Shown here piece after piece: positions 54,217-63,931 of a DNA stretch of 64,000 bases. Each line of letters begins with the position of its first letter. The first letter of the stretch is position 1. Source of the DNA: Candidatus Nanoarchaeia archaeon (lineage in GTDB: Archaea > Nanobdellota > Nanobdellia > Pacearchaeales > GW2011-AR1); NCBI GenBank assembly GCA_041501125.1, contig JBGQNO010000003.1:2399-66398 (forward strand). Reading direction: 5' to 3'. A program made the position numbers and the translations under genes. Below the pieces are notes generated by a model, which was given only the letters and a program-made list of their open reading frames with translations, was not told the DNA's origin and ran no database searches.

Positions 54217-55368
54217 ATGGAAAGTGTCAAAGGATTCAAGGATTTTACAGGCCAGGAGGCCTTGAAAAGAGAGAAAATTAAAAGTGTTTTAGTTGGAATC
54301 TTCAAGAGTTACGGCTTTGAGCCATCTGAGACACCTGTTATTGAATATGAGGAGTTTGTCAAAAGTCAGGGTGCTGGTGATGAAGCAATCTCTGATGTTT
54401 TTAAGCTTGAGGACAGAGGTAAAAGAAAACTTGCATTGAGATATGAATTTACCTTTCAATTAAAAAGAATCTCGCAGAATAAAAAACTTCCTTACAAACG
54501 GTATGAGATTGGAGAAGTTTTCCGGGATGAGCCTTCAACTGGAAACAGGTTCAGGCAGTTTACACAATGCGATGCTGATATTGTTGGTGCAAGTATAAAG
54601 GATGAAGCAGAAGTTCTTGCAATGGCAGGCAAGATATTAAAACAACTTGGAATCAAGGCTGAGATTTATGTTAACAACCGCAAGCTGTTGAATGAAATTC
54701 TTGAAAAAGAAAATGTTAAGGAGAGGGCAGAAGTCATAAGAGAGATTGACAAACTTGACAAGCTGCCAGAGCAAGTTGTCAAAGAAAACCTGAAAAAGTA
54801 TAATGCTGGAAAGATTCTTGATATTTTCAAAAAACCAGAAAGTTATTTTAAAAAATATAAGGCATATTCTGAAATTCTGGAACTGAAAAAATGCTGCAAG
54901 AACTATGGTGTTGAAGTTAAATTTCAAGCTTCATTATCAAGAGGACTTTCTTATTACAATGGAACAATTTTTGAAATAAAAACAAAAGAGATTAAAGAAA
55001 CCATATGCGCTGGCGGAAGCTACCTTGTAAATGGAAACCAAGCAACTGGAATAAGTTTTGGATTGGAAAGAATTTCTTCACTTGCAAAACTTGCAGTTAA
55101 GGAAGAAAGGATTGTGATTATATCGATTGCCGAGGATAAAAAAGCTATAAACCTCGCTGAAAATTTGAGGCAAAAAGGAAAAGAGGTTGTTGTGATGTAT
55201 GGAAAGCCGACAAAAGCGCTTGAATTTGCCAATTCTTATTCAATCAGATATGTTATTTTCTTAGGCAGTGAAGAAGTCAAGAAGAAGAAAGTCAAGCTAA
55301 GAGACATGAAAACAGGCATTGAGAGACTGGTTTCTGAGAAAGAGCTTGACAGCAAGTTTGATAAGTAA
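54217..55368 (+). CDS. hisS: Histidyl-tRNA synthetase
   Basis: VKGFKDF, motif 2 FRDEPSTGNRFRQFTQCD, motif 3 region CAGGSYLV..GISFGLERI, C-terminal anticodon-binding domain. SD GAGGTGA upstream. Confidence 0.85.
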   Translation: MESVKGFKDFTGQEALKREKIKSVLVGIFKSYGFEPSETPVIEYEEFVKSQGAGDEAISDVFKLEDRGKRKLALRYEFTFQLKRISQNKKLPYKRYEIGEVFRDEPSTGNRFRQFTQCDADIVGASIKDEAEVLAMAGKILKQLGIKAEIYVNNRKLLNEILEKENVKERAEVIREIDKLDKLPEQVVKENLKKYNAGKILDIFKKPESYFKKYKAYSEILELKKCCKNYGVEVKFQASLSRGLSYYNGTIFEIKTKEIKETICAGGSYLVNGNQATGISFGLERISSLAKLAVKEERIVIISIAEDKKAINLAENLRQKGKEVVVMYGKPTKALEFANSYSIRYVIFLGSEEVKKKKVKLRDMKTGIERLVSEKELDSKFDK

Positions 55369-55428
55369 TACCACAAACTTTATAAACGAAATTTTCAAGG
55401 TTTAGATATCCAATGATAGGAGGATACA

Positions 55429-55722
55429 ATGTCTTCTCTATACGAAGTAGTCGAAAAAGCAAGAAAAACCGGAAAAGTAGAAAAAGGAATAAACGAAGTT
55501 ACAAAATCTATCGAGAGAGGGGATGCCAAATTTGTTGTTTATGCTTCTGATACAAATCCAAAGGAGATAATCCAGCACGTGCCTATTCTATGCAAGGAGA
55601 AAAAAATACCTTGCGGAGCAGTCGACAGCAGGCAGAAATTAGGAATTGCGGTCGGCATTGCTGTTTCTTGTTCTGCAGTAGCTATTACAGATCCAGGTGA
55701 AGCAAAACTGCCTAAGGAGTAA
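55429..55722 (+). CDS. rpl7ae: Ribosomal protein L7Ae
   Basis: [54 protein letters not shown]. Confidence 0.85.
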   Translation: MSSLYEVVEKARKTGKVEKGINEVTKSIERGDAKFVVYASDTNPKEIIQHVPILCKEKKIPCGAVDSRQKLGIAVGIAVSCSAVAITDPGEAKLPKE

Positions 55723-55724
55723 AC

Positions 55725-56021
55725 ATGGGCAGCAAAAAGCAGCAGGTTAAAGAAGGAAAGACCGAGTCTAATATTAAGATTTCTGAAAAAGGAGTAAGAC
55801 AGCCTATTCCAGCAGTTGTTGAGGAAATTATCGGCAGGACTGGATTCAGGGGAGAAATTACACAAGTAAGGGCAAGGTTGCTTGAAGGCCGCGATAAGGA
55901 TAAAACAATGAGAAGGAATGTAAAGGGCACTATCAAACCAGGTGATATTTTAATGATGAGAGAAACCGAGATTGAAGCAAGAAAGATAAAGAGTAAAGTC
56001 ACAAAAGGAGCGTTCACTTAA
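55725..56021 (+). CDS. rps28e: Ribosomal protein S28e with about 25-aa N-terminal extension
   Basis: [60 protein letters not shown]. Confidence 0.8.
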   Translation: MGSKKQQVKEGKTESNIKISEKGVRQPIPAVVEEIIGRTGFRGEITQVRARLLEGRDKDKTMRRNVKGTIKPGDILMMRETEIEARKIKSKVTKGAFT

Positions 56022-56029
56022 AACTTAAC

Positions 56030-56197
56030 ATGCCTAAATGCACATACTGCGGACAAAACTACGAATTTCCTATGGGAACTACTGTAGTTGAAAGCATTTC
56101 TGGAAAGCTAAGATACTTCTGTTCAAGCAAATGCAGGAAGAATTCTGAACGAGGACGAAAGAAGAAAAAGTGGGCAAATCCCGCAAAAATCATATAA
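56030..56197 (+). CDS. rpl24e: Ribosomal protein L24e
   Basis: MPKCTYCGQNYEFPMGTTVVESISGKLRYFCSSKCRKN; 55 aa, below the track cutoff; completes the conserved L7Ae-S28e-L24e operon. Confidence 0.8.
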   Translation: MPKCTYCGQNYEFPMGTTVVESISGKLRYFCSSKCRKNSERGRKKKKWANPAKII

Positions 56198-56248
56198 TTC
56201 TATTGCAAGTTTTACTGACTTAAAATCCTTCAAAAAACACGCTAAAAT

Positions 56249-56271
56249 ACGTTTTATCGACGATAAAACGT
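56249..56271. promoter_or_regulatory. Perfect 11-1-11 palindrome upstream of the gyrB promoter
   Basis: ACGTTTTATCG A CGATAAAACGT, read directly. Confidence 0.6.
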
Positions 56272-56298
56272 GGGAAAGCTTTTTAAATACCCTTTCCC
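56272..56298 (+). promoter_or_regulatory. gyrB TATA-like box bracketed by a 7-bp inverted repeat
   Basis: GGGAAAG (56272-56278) .. TTTTTAAATA (56280-56289) .. CTTTCCC (56292-56298), about 45 nt upstream of the gyrB ATG. Confidence 0.5.
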
Positions 56299-56337
56299 TT
56301 TTTGATTAGTAAAGGAGACAAAACAAAGGATAAAATT

Positions 56338-58230
56338 ATGGCTGAGGACAAGAAAAAGTATTCTGCTGAAGAAATCAAGATTTTGGAAGGGCTTGAAGGC
56401 GTCAGGAAAAGGCCCGCGATGTACATAGGCAGCACTGGCAAGGAAGGCCTGCACCATCTTGTATATGAAGTTGTTGATAATTCTGTAGATGAAGCTATGG
56501 CTGGCTACTGCACGAAAGTTACTGTCATAATAAGGAAGGATGGCGCTGTTTCTGTTGAGGACAATGGCAGGGGTATTCCTGTAGAAATGCATCCTGTTTA
56601 CAAAAAGCCTGCCCTGGAGATTGTAATAACAAAACTTCATGCAGGAGGCAAGTTTGAACACAAGGCATATGCTGTATCTGGAGGATTACACGGAGTAGGA
56701 TTGAGCGTTGTTGCTGCACTTTCCAAGAAATTGATTGCTGAAATTGAAAGAGATGGAAAAGTATGGCAGCAGGAATATGAGATTGGAAATCCTGTGACAA
56801 AGATAAAAGCTATTGGAAACACAGAAACAACAGGCACAAAGATTACATTCTGGCCGGATACCAAAATTTTCTCTACAACTGAATTTGACTTTTTGACGAT
56901 ATCGACCAGATTAAGAGAGATAGCATTCCTGAATCCAGGACTCAGCATAGAACTGATTGATGAGAAGAAAGACAAGAAAGAGACATTTTCATATACAGGT
57001 GGACTGATTGAATTTGTCAAGTGGCTTAACAGAACTAAAGAGGCTCTGCACAAGCCTGTCTATTTCAAGAAAACTGCAGACCATACAATAGTTGATGTTG
57101 CTATCCAGTATAATAACAGCTATCAGGAGAACATATACGGATTTGTGAATACTATCAATACTGTGGAAGGAGGAACTCACATAGTTGGTTTCAAGACTGC
57201 TTTGACACGGGTTATTAATGATTATGCAAAGAAACAAGGCATCCTTAAAGAGAAGGACGAGCCTTTGACAGGTGATGACACGAGAGAAGGACTGACTGCG
57301 ATTGTAAGCATAAGAATTCCTGAGCCGCAGTTTGAAGGACAGACAAAGACAAAGCTTGGAAATTCTGAAGTCAAAGGATATGTTGATTCTGTTGTTACCA
57401 GCTCGCTGGCGGAATTCTTTGAAGAAAATCCTCCGATTGCAAGGAGAATTGTGCAGAAAATAACAGAAGCTGCGAAAGCAAGACTTGCTGCAAAGAAAGC
57501 AAAGGAGCTTGTCAGAAGAAAATCAGCTTTTGGTGTTGGAGGATTGCCTGGCAAGTTAGCAGATTGTTCAAGCAACAAAACTGAGGATACCGAATTGTTT
57601 ATAGTTGAAGGCGAGTCAGCAGGCGGAAGTGCAAAACAAGCGAGAAACAAAGAGTATCAGGCAATACTGCCATTGAAGGGAAAAATCATGAATGTTGAAA
57701 AGGCAAATCCTACAAAAGTTTTGTCGAGTGAAGAGATTTCCAATTTGATAACTGCGATTGGAACAGGTGTAACTGAAAGCTTTGACATTGAGAAGCTAAG
57801 GTATGGAAGAATTGTGATAATGACAGATGCAGATGTTGACGGCCAGCACATCAAGACCCTGCTTTTGACATTTTTCTACAGATATATGCCAAAGCTTATT
57901 GAGAATGGAAATGTCTATGTTGCGGTTTCGCCGCTTTACAGAGTGAGGAAAAAGGAAGACTTCTATGTTTACTCTGATGAAGAACTCAAGATTATTTTGA
58001 AGAAAGTTGGCGAGAATTCTGATGTTCAAAGGTTCAAAGGTCTTGGAGAAATGAATCCACAGCAGTTATGGGACACTACAATGAATCCAAGAACAAGAAT
58101 TATGAAGCGAGTTGCAATAGAAGACGCTGTTGAGGCTGACACTATATTTTCAATACTTATGGGCGAGGAAGTCGCGCCAAGAAAGAAGTTCATAATCGAG
58201 CATGCCCACGAGGCATTCTTAGACATATAA
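56338..58230 (+). CDS. gyrB: DNA gyrase subunit B
   Basis: LEGLEGVRKRPAMYIGS, GHKL ATPase motifs, Toprim ELFIVEGESAGGSA, PLKGKIMNVEKA, IMTDADVDGQHI. Start set at ATG 56338 (track TTG 56302). Confidence 0.95.
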   Translation: MAEDKKKYSAEEIKILEGLEGVRKRPAMYIGSTGKEGLHHLVYEVVDNSVDEAMAGYCTKVTVIIRKDGAVSVEDNGRGIPVEMHPVYKKPALEIVITKLHAGGKFEHKAYAVSGGLHGVGLSVVAALSKKLIAEIERDGKVWQQEYEIGNPVTKIKAIGNTETTGTKITFWPDTKIFSTTEFDFLTISTRLREIAFLNPGLSIELIDEKKDKKETFSYTGGLIEFVKWLNRTKEALHKPVYFKKTADHTIVDVAIQYNNSYQENIYGFVNTINTVEGGTHIVGFKTALTRVINDYAKKQGILKEKDEPLTGDDTREGLTAIVSIRIPEPQFEGQTKTKLGNSEVKGYVDSVVTSSLAEFFEENPPIARRIVQKITEAAKARLAAKKAKELVRRKSAFGVGGLPGKLADCSSNKTEDTELFIVEGESAGGSAKQARNKEYQAILPLKGKIMNVEKANPTKVLSSEEISNLITAIGTGVTESFDIEKLRYGRIVIMTDADVDGQHIKTLLLTFFYRYMPKLIENGNVYVAVSPLYRVRKKEDFYVYSDEELKIILKKVGENSDVQRFKGLGEMNPQQLWDTTMNPRTRIMKRVAIEDAVEADTIFSILMGEEVAPRKKFIIEHAHEAFLDI

Positions 58231-58231
58231 A

Positions 58232-58873
58232 ATGAATGACAATTTTTTTAGTGAATTGAAAGAGAAGATACAGCCAAACTATGAACAAGGCGGAAGCCAC
58301 GCTTTTGACCATACCCAAAGAGTTTATAATTTATCACTCAAACTTGCCAAAGGCCAAGTTGTTGACATGGATATTTTGAAGGCTGCTGCATTATTGCATG
58401 ATATCGCAAGAATGAAGGAAGATTGCAAAGAGGTTCAGTGCCATGCAGAGCATGGTGCAGAAATGGCAAAGAGAATACTTGAAAAAACTAATTTTCCAAG
58501 AGAAAAAATAGAGAAAGTTTGTTATGCAATAAAAGTGCACAGGCATCGCAAGGAGATAAAAGCTGAAACAAAAGAGGCAGAAATATTGCAAGATGCTGAC
58601 AGGCTAGATGCATTGGGAGCAATAACAATAGCAAGGATGTTTTCAACTGGCGGAAAGATGAACATGCCGATTTATGACCCGACAAAACCTTTTGGCAAAG
58701 CTCATCCAGGATATGAAGCTGAATCCACCATTCATGCATTTTATTTAAAAATATTAAAATTAACTCCAGAAACATTCAAGACAGAAAAAGCAAAAAAAAT
58801 TGCAAAGAAGAGATATGCTTTTGTTGAGAAATTTTTAAAACAATTCAAGTTAGAATGGGAAGGAAAACTTTAA
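58232..58873 (+). CDS. HD-domain phosphohydrolase
   Basis: H..AALLHDIAR..HAEHG..DADRLDALG HD-superfamily motifs; 1-nt spacers on both sides. Confidence 0.75.
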   Translation: MNDNFFSELKEKIQPNYEQGGSHAFDHTQRVYNLSLKLAKGQVVDMDILKAAALLHDIARMKEDCKEVQCHAEHGAEMAKRILEKTNFPREKIEKVCYAIKVHRHRKEIKAETKEAEILQDADRLDALGAITIARMFSTGGKMNMPIYDPTKPFGKAHPGYEAESTIHAFYLKILKLTPETFKTEKAKKIAKKRYAFVEKFLKQFKLEWEGKL

Positions 58874-58874
58874 A

Positions 58875-59033
58875 ATGGAAAAGAAAACAAAAACAAAAGT
58901 TGCAGATTGGGGAGCAGATAAGATAACTGAGAAGTACTGTCCAAAATGCCATGATAAACTTGTGCTAAGGACAAATGAAGGCGCTGAAGAATTCATCTGC
59001 GACAAATGCAAATTCAAGCTCAAGAAGAAGTAA
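58875..59033 (+). CDS. 52-aa zinc-ribbon protein
   Basis: MEKKTKTKVADWGADKITEKYCPKCHDKLVLRTNEGAEEFICDKCKFKLKKK; CPKC..CDKC; below the track cutoff. Confidence 0.45.
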   Translation: MEKKTKTKVADWGADKITEKYCPKCHDKLVLRTNEGAEEFICDKCKFKLKKK

Positions 59034-59039
59034 AACAAA

Positions 59040-62000
59040 ATGGCTGAAGAAAATAAAGACAAAGAAATAGAGAACTCTGTTGAAAAAGAAAAAATGAAAG
59101 AAGCAGAGAAAGACGTAATTGAAAATTCAGGCAAGCATATTGTTCGCGCAGAAATTTGTGAGGAAATGGAGAAAGCTTACATTGACTATGCAATGTCAGT
59201 CATTGTTTCCAGGGCAATTCCTTCTGTTGAAGATGGCTTGAAACCTGTCCAGAGAAGAATATTATACTCAATGTCAGAAATGGGTTTGCAACCTAACAAG
59301 CTGACAAAGAAGTCTGCAAGAATCGTTGGAGATGTTCTGGGCAAGTTCCATCCTCACGGAGATATGGCTGTCTATGACGCAATGGTAAGGATGGCACAGG
59401 ACTTCTCAATGAGATACATGCTTGTTGATGGCCAGGGAAACTTTGGATGTTTTACAGCAGATACAAAGGTGAAACTTGCAGATGGAAGAAATTTATCATT
59501 TGCAGAGTTAATAGAAGAGCATAAACAAGGAAAAAGAAACTTTACATTCACAATTGATGAAAATAACGAGTTTAAAATAGCTGAAATAAAAAATCCAAGA
59601 AAGACAAAGGAAAATGCAGAAATTATGAAAGTTATCTTAGACAATGGAGAGGAAATTAAATGCACTTTAAACCACAAATTTATGCTTAAACAGGGAAATT
59701 ACAAAGAAGCGAAGGATTTGATTTCAGGGGATTCTTTAATGCCTGCTTATTTCAGACTTTCCACAAAAGAAGACGATAAAAATGCAGTCGGATATAGCAT
59801 GATTTTCCAATCAAACTCAAACTCATGGAGTTTTGTGCATACGCTTTCTGATAAATGGAATTTAGAAAATGGAATCTACCAAAGAAATGCAGGACGAGTA
59901 AGACATCATACTGACTTTAATAAACTTAACAACAATCCTGATAACATAAGAAGAATGCCTTGGAAAGAACACTGGAAAACCCATTATGATTTTACTTCTA
60001 AGAGGCATAAAACTGATTCTGAATACAGAGAGAAATTAGCAGAAGGAAGAGAGAGATTCTGGGATAATAAACAAAATAGAAAAGATTATTCAGAAAGATT
60101 AAGTGAAAGAAATTTCCAAAACTGGAAAAAGGAAGATTACAGAACACAGATGAAAGTAACTTTAAGTGAAGTTAATAAAAAATACTTAAAAGAACATCCA
60201 AAAGTTATTGAAGAAATAAGAAAGACAGCTTCAATAACAATGAAAAGATTGTGGAAAATTCTAGAATACAAGCAACTTTATCATGAAAAAATTGTTGCTT
60301 CAAATAAAAGAAGAGAGCATAATCTAACAGGAAAAATAAAATTTTTGAATATTTGCAATTATCTTAAACAAAATAATTTGCCTTTAAACAAAGAGAACTA
60401 CGAAAAAGCAAGAAAAGAAGTATTTGGAACAAAAAGTTTTACAAAATGGAATTTGGGGCTTAAGAAGTATTATGATAATGATAACAATCTTTTATTATGC
60501 GCAATGAATCAAAATCATAAAGTAGTCAGAACAGAATTTTTGAATGAATCTGCTGATGTCTACGATTTGACAATAGACAAGACACATAATTTTGCTCTTG
60601 CATCTGGAATTTTTGTGCACAATTCACTTGATGGAGATCCTCCAGCTGCAATGAGGTACACTGAAGCAAGACTTTCTGGAATCTCTACAGAGATACTGGG
60701 AGATATTGACAAGGATACTGTCGAATTTATGCCTAATTTTGATAATAGCATGAAAGAGCCAGCGACTCTGCCTTCTAAATTGCCGAACCTGCTGATTAAT
60801 GGGGCAAGTGGAATAGCAGTTGGCATGGCGACAAATATTCCGCCACATAATCTTACTGAAGTTTGTGATGCAATAGTTGCTTACATTAATAATCCAAGCA
60901 TCGAAATAGACAAGTTAAGTGATATTGTTACAGGTCCTGACTTTCCAACAGGTGGAACTATTTCTGGAGACATAAAAGAGATTTACAGGACTGGAAATGG
61001 CCGCGTGACAATGCGTGGCAAGCTGGCTATTGAGGAAGCAAGAGGAAAAGAAAGCATAATAATTACTGAAATTCCATACATGGTCAATAAGGCAGATTTA
61101 GTCACACAGATTGCCAGACTTGTCCAGGAAAAGAAACTTCCAGAAGTTTCTGACATAAAAGATGAAAGTTCAAAGGGAAGAGTTAGGATTGTAATTGAAC
61201 TGAGAAGAGGCGCGGATTCCAAGTTTACTATTAACCGCTTGTATAAATTCACAAGACTGCAGGAAAACTTTGACATTAATACTCTGGCTCTTGTGAAAAA
61301 CAAGCCGCAAATTTTGAATCTGAAACAGTTGATTGAGAATTATGTTTCTTACAGAAAGATAATCATAACAAGGAGAACTGGATTTGAGCTGAAAAAAGCA
61401 GAAGACAGGCTTGAGATTGTTATTGGATTGATTACTGCATTGAAGGACATTGATGCTGTTGTTGAACTTATCAAGAGAGCTGAACATACAACTGATGCCA
61501 AGGAAAAGTTGATGAAGAAATACTCGCTTTCCTTGAGGCAGGCTGAAGCAATACTTGAAACAAGGCTTTCTGCATTAACTCACCTGGAGCAGGATAAGTT
61601 GAAGAAGGAAGAGTCAGACCTGAAGGTTGAAATTAAAGAACTGAAGCAGATTCTTTCGAGCGACAAAGAGATACTTGATGTTATTAAAAAGGACATTTTT
61701 GAATTGAAGAGAAAATACGGAGACAACAGGAAAACCCAGGTTATGGCAAGGCAAGTCAAGGAGATTACAGAGGCAGAGCTTGTCCAAAAGAAAGAAGTTG
61801 TTGTCACAATCACTGAGAAAGGATATGCAAAGAGAATGGATCTTAAAACATATAAGGAACAGAAACGCGGAGGAAAAGGAGTTATTGGCTCGGACTTGTC
61901 AACAGGCGATTTTGTGAGGCAATTGATTGTATGCTCTACTCATAATTATTTATTGTTCTTTACTGACAAGGGAAAATGTTACTGGCTTAAAACATACGAG

Positions 62001-62720
62001 GTTCCAGAAGCAGAAAGATATGCAAAAGGAAAAGCTCTCATTAATCTGCTGAACATCAAAGATGAGAGAGTAATGAGTGTTCTACCTGTTTCAGAATTCA
62101 AGGACTCAATCATTATGGTTACTGCAAACGGCATTGTGAAGAAAATGAATCTTTCAGTGTTAAGCAATCCAAGAAGTAACGGAATACGCGCAATTAATCT
62201 GCCTGCTGATGGAAGTGATATTGTTGTTGATGTCAAGCCGATTATGGACAAGCAGGAAATGTTGCTTGTGACAAAGAAAGGACAGGCAATAAGATTTGAC
62301 GGAAGCGAGATAAGGCCAATGGGCAGGGCAAGCTACGGTGTTACTGGAATTAAAATGGATAAGGATGACAAAGTTGTAAGCTTGGAAGTCTTGCCTTTGC
62401 AGAAAGATAATACAACTATCCTGACTATAACTGAGAAGGGTTATGGAAAGAGAAGTGCAATTGGAGATTATAGGATAACTGGCAGGGCTGGCAAGGGTGT
62501 TATTAATTTGAAAGTCAGCGACAAGACAGGTACAGTTATAACAACTGTTTCTGTCAGCGACACAGACAGCATCATAGTAACAACTGCCAAGGGGATGGTT
62601 ATCAGAACTCCGGTCAAGGAGATGAGGGTAATGGGACGAGTAACACAGGGTGTGAGAATAGTGAAGCTTCATCCAGAAGACAAAGTCGTTGATTTAGTTA
62701 AGGTGGAAGAGGCGGAGTAA
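59040..62720 (+). CDS. gyrA: DNA gyrase subunit A, interrupted by a 392-aa intein
   Basis: [38 protein letters not shown] | intein | [17 protein letters not shown] (catalytic Tyr), C-terminal beta-pinwheel repeats. Confidence 0.95.
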   Translation: MAEENKDKEIENSVEKEKMKEAEKDVIENSGKHIVRAEICEEMEKAYIDYAMSVIVSRAIPSVEDGLKPVQRRILYSMSEMGLQPNKLTKKSARIVGDVLGKFHPHGDMAVYDAMVRMAQDFSMRYMLVDGQGNFGCFTADTKVKLADGRNLSFAELIEEHKQGKRNFTFTIDENNEFKIAEIKNPRKTKENAEIMKVILDNGEEIKCTLNHKFMLKQGNYKEAKDLISGDSLMPAYFRLSTKEDDKNAVGYSMIFQSNSNSWSFVHTLSDKWNLENGIYQRNAGRVRHHTDFNKLNNNPDNIRRMPWKEHWKTHYDFTSKRHKTDSEYREKLAEGRERFWDNKQNRKDYSERLSERNFQNWKKEDYRTQMKVTLSEVNKKYLKEHPKVIEEIRKTASITMKRLWKILEYKQLYHEKIVASNKRREHNLTGKIKFLNICNYLKQNNLPLNKENYEKARKEVFGTKSFTKWNLGLKKYYDNDNNLLLCAMNQNHKVVRTEFLNESADVYDLTIDKTHNFALASGIFVHNSLDGDPPAAMRYTEARLSGISTEILGDIDKDTVEFMPNFDNSMKEPATLPSKLPNLLINGASGIAVGMATNIPPHNLTEVCDAIVAYINNPSIEIDKLSDIVTGPDFPTGGTISGDIKEIYRTGNGRVTMRGKLAIEEARGKESIIITEIPYMVNKADLVTQIARLVQEKKLPEVSDIKDESSKGRVRIVIELRRGADSKFTINRLYKFTRLQENFDINTLALVKNKPQILNLKQLIENYVSYRKIIITRRTGFELKKAEDRLEIVIGLITALKDIDAVVELIKRAEHTTDAKEKLMKKYSLSLRQAEAILETRLSALTHLEQDKLKKEESDLKVEIKELKQILSSDKEILDVIKKDIFELKRKYGDNRKTQVMARQVKEITEAELVQKKEVVVTITEKGYAKRMDLKTYKEQKRGGKGVIGSDLSTGDFVRQLIVCSTHNYLLFFTDKGKCYWLKTYEVPEAERYAKGKALINLLNIKDERVMSVLPVSEFKDSIIMVTANGIVKKMNLSVLSNPRSNGIRAINLPADGSDIVVDVKPIMDKQEMLLVTKKGQAIRFDGSEIRPMGRASYGVTGIKMDKDDKVVSLEVLPLQKDNTTILTITEKGYGKRSAIGDYRITGRAGKGVINLKVSDKTGTVITTVSVSDTDSIIVTTAKGMVIRTPVKEMRVMGRVTQGVRIVKLHPEDKVVDLVKVEEAE
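59448..60623 (+). mobile_element. GyrA intein (class 1, Cys1..His-Asn, +1 Ser) with HNH-type nuclease insert
   Basis: Starts [13 protein letters not shown] (block A), has TLNHKF (block B), ends [21 protein letters not shown] followed by S. The central [29 protein letters not shown] is an HNH motif. No LAGLIDADG motifs seen. Confidence 0.85.
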
Positions 62721-63035
62721 TCAATTCAATTCAAATTTTCTTTTGCACAACCCCGAGTTTATTACATCTTTAATATCCTTATAGCAGGAATTATCAAGAT
62801 AATAGTAAACTGTAGATTCACACTCATCATCTGATGCTGTATCTTCTTTGTATTCCAACAGCCACATTTTTCCATTTATTGGCTTACCACAAAGGTTGCA
62901 GAAATGTTTACATGCAGATGTTGAGACATCTGCCTCGATAATTCCAGTTAAGCCTTCTGAAAGTTCCCGAATTAAGTCTTCTCTTGCCTTGTTGTCAGAT
63001 GCACTCTCCGGATTTTCAGATGCTTCTTTTGTCAT
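62721..63035 (-). CDS. Hypothetical small Cys-containing protein
   Basis: Track ORF 104 aa; stop abuts the gyrA stop. Confidence 0.3.
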   Translation of the reverse strand: MTKEASENPESASDNKAREDLIRELSEGLTGIIEADVSTSACKHFCNLCGKPINGKMWLLEYKEDTASDDECESTVYYYLDNSCYKDIKDVINSGLCKRKFELN

Positions 63036-63092
63036 GCATCAGCATTGGAGATGCACTATATAAATTTTACCACTTTCAAGTTAATATAACAA

Positions 63093-63515
63093 TCAACCTT
63101 TCTCCACGCCGACACCAAAGAACTTTTTTCTCCAGCGGTGACTGTGTATAAAGTGGTTGGTTACCAAGAAAATCACTACAACTACAACCAGAAGGTATGC
63201 CCTTAATTTGTACAGGATTGGAGCGATGATATAGTTTGTGATTATCACTGCACCGAAATAGAAATACAATATGAAAATAAGCGTCGCAATCCATTCTGCA
63301 ATCCATGTCCGCATTCTTGGTATTTTCCTGCCTGTTTTTGTCTCACCTATTTTTTCTGCTGTTTTGTTTCTGATAAAATCAGTAAGCGGAAAGACAATAT
63401 GATGGTTGGTTTTTTCTTCAAGTATAACAAGAATCATCACACCCAAAACTAAAGATATAAAATAAATATTATTTACAAGAAAACTTGGAGCCAGGATTGC
63501 ACTTAGGATACTCAT
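63093..63515 (-). CDS. Hypothetical membrane protein (about 4 TM)
   Basis: Track ORF 140 aa, strongly hydrophobic. Confidence 0.35.
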   Translation of the reverse strand: MSILSAILAPSFLVNNIYFISLVLGVMILVILEEKTNHHIVFPLTDFIRNKTAEKIGETKTGRKIPRMRTWIAEWIATLIFILYFYFGAVIITNYIIAPILYKLRAYLLVVVVVIFLVTNHFIHSHRWRKKFFGVGVEKG

Positions 63516-63539
63516 TTCTTATTCAATGAAAACTGATTT

Positions 63540-63815
63540 TTAAGCCTTTTCTTGGACTTCTTTCTTGCCTTCGCCAAGCTCTTTTTCCTGCTGCTTGTCA
63601 ATTTCAAGCAACAAAGCCTGGAATTCACCCATGTGTGTTTTCTCTTCTTTTGCTATGTCCAGCAGCATGTTCTTTATCCTGCTGCTCTTTGTGATTGCTG
63701 CAAGCTGCTCATACAAACTTGTGGCATCAAGCTCTGCAATTATGCCAACACGGCAGATTTGCTTTTCAACGTCTTTTGGGTCTTTGTTGAAGTCTATTGG
63801 TATCTGAGACATCAT
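63540..63815 (-). CDS. Small ferritin-like/rubrerythrin-like (half-ferritin) protein
   Basis: IIAELDATSLYEQLA..LLDIAKEEKTHMGEFQALLLEID has the E..Y and EExxH spacing of a two-helix ferritin-like unit. Strong SD AAGGAGG upstream. Confidence 0.45.
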   Translation of the reverse strand: MMSQIPIDFNKDPKDVEKQICRVGIIAELDATSLYEQLAAITKSSRIKNMLLDIAKEEKTHMGEFQALLLEIDKQQEKELGEGKKEVQEKA

Positions 63816-63931
63816 TTTGTTCGCCTCCTTTTAATTTAAACTAAATGTTTTTCGGAGAATATAAAGTATTTGTAACCACTTACAGATAGTTAATAAGAAA
63901 GCTTTTTAAACACCTTGAATGTTGAAATTGC

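Noticed and set aside
54096-54305. 69-aa minus-strand ORF
   Set aside because: It overlaps the whole tRNA-His gene and the hisS start, so it is an artefact.
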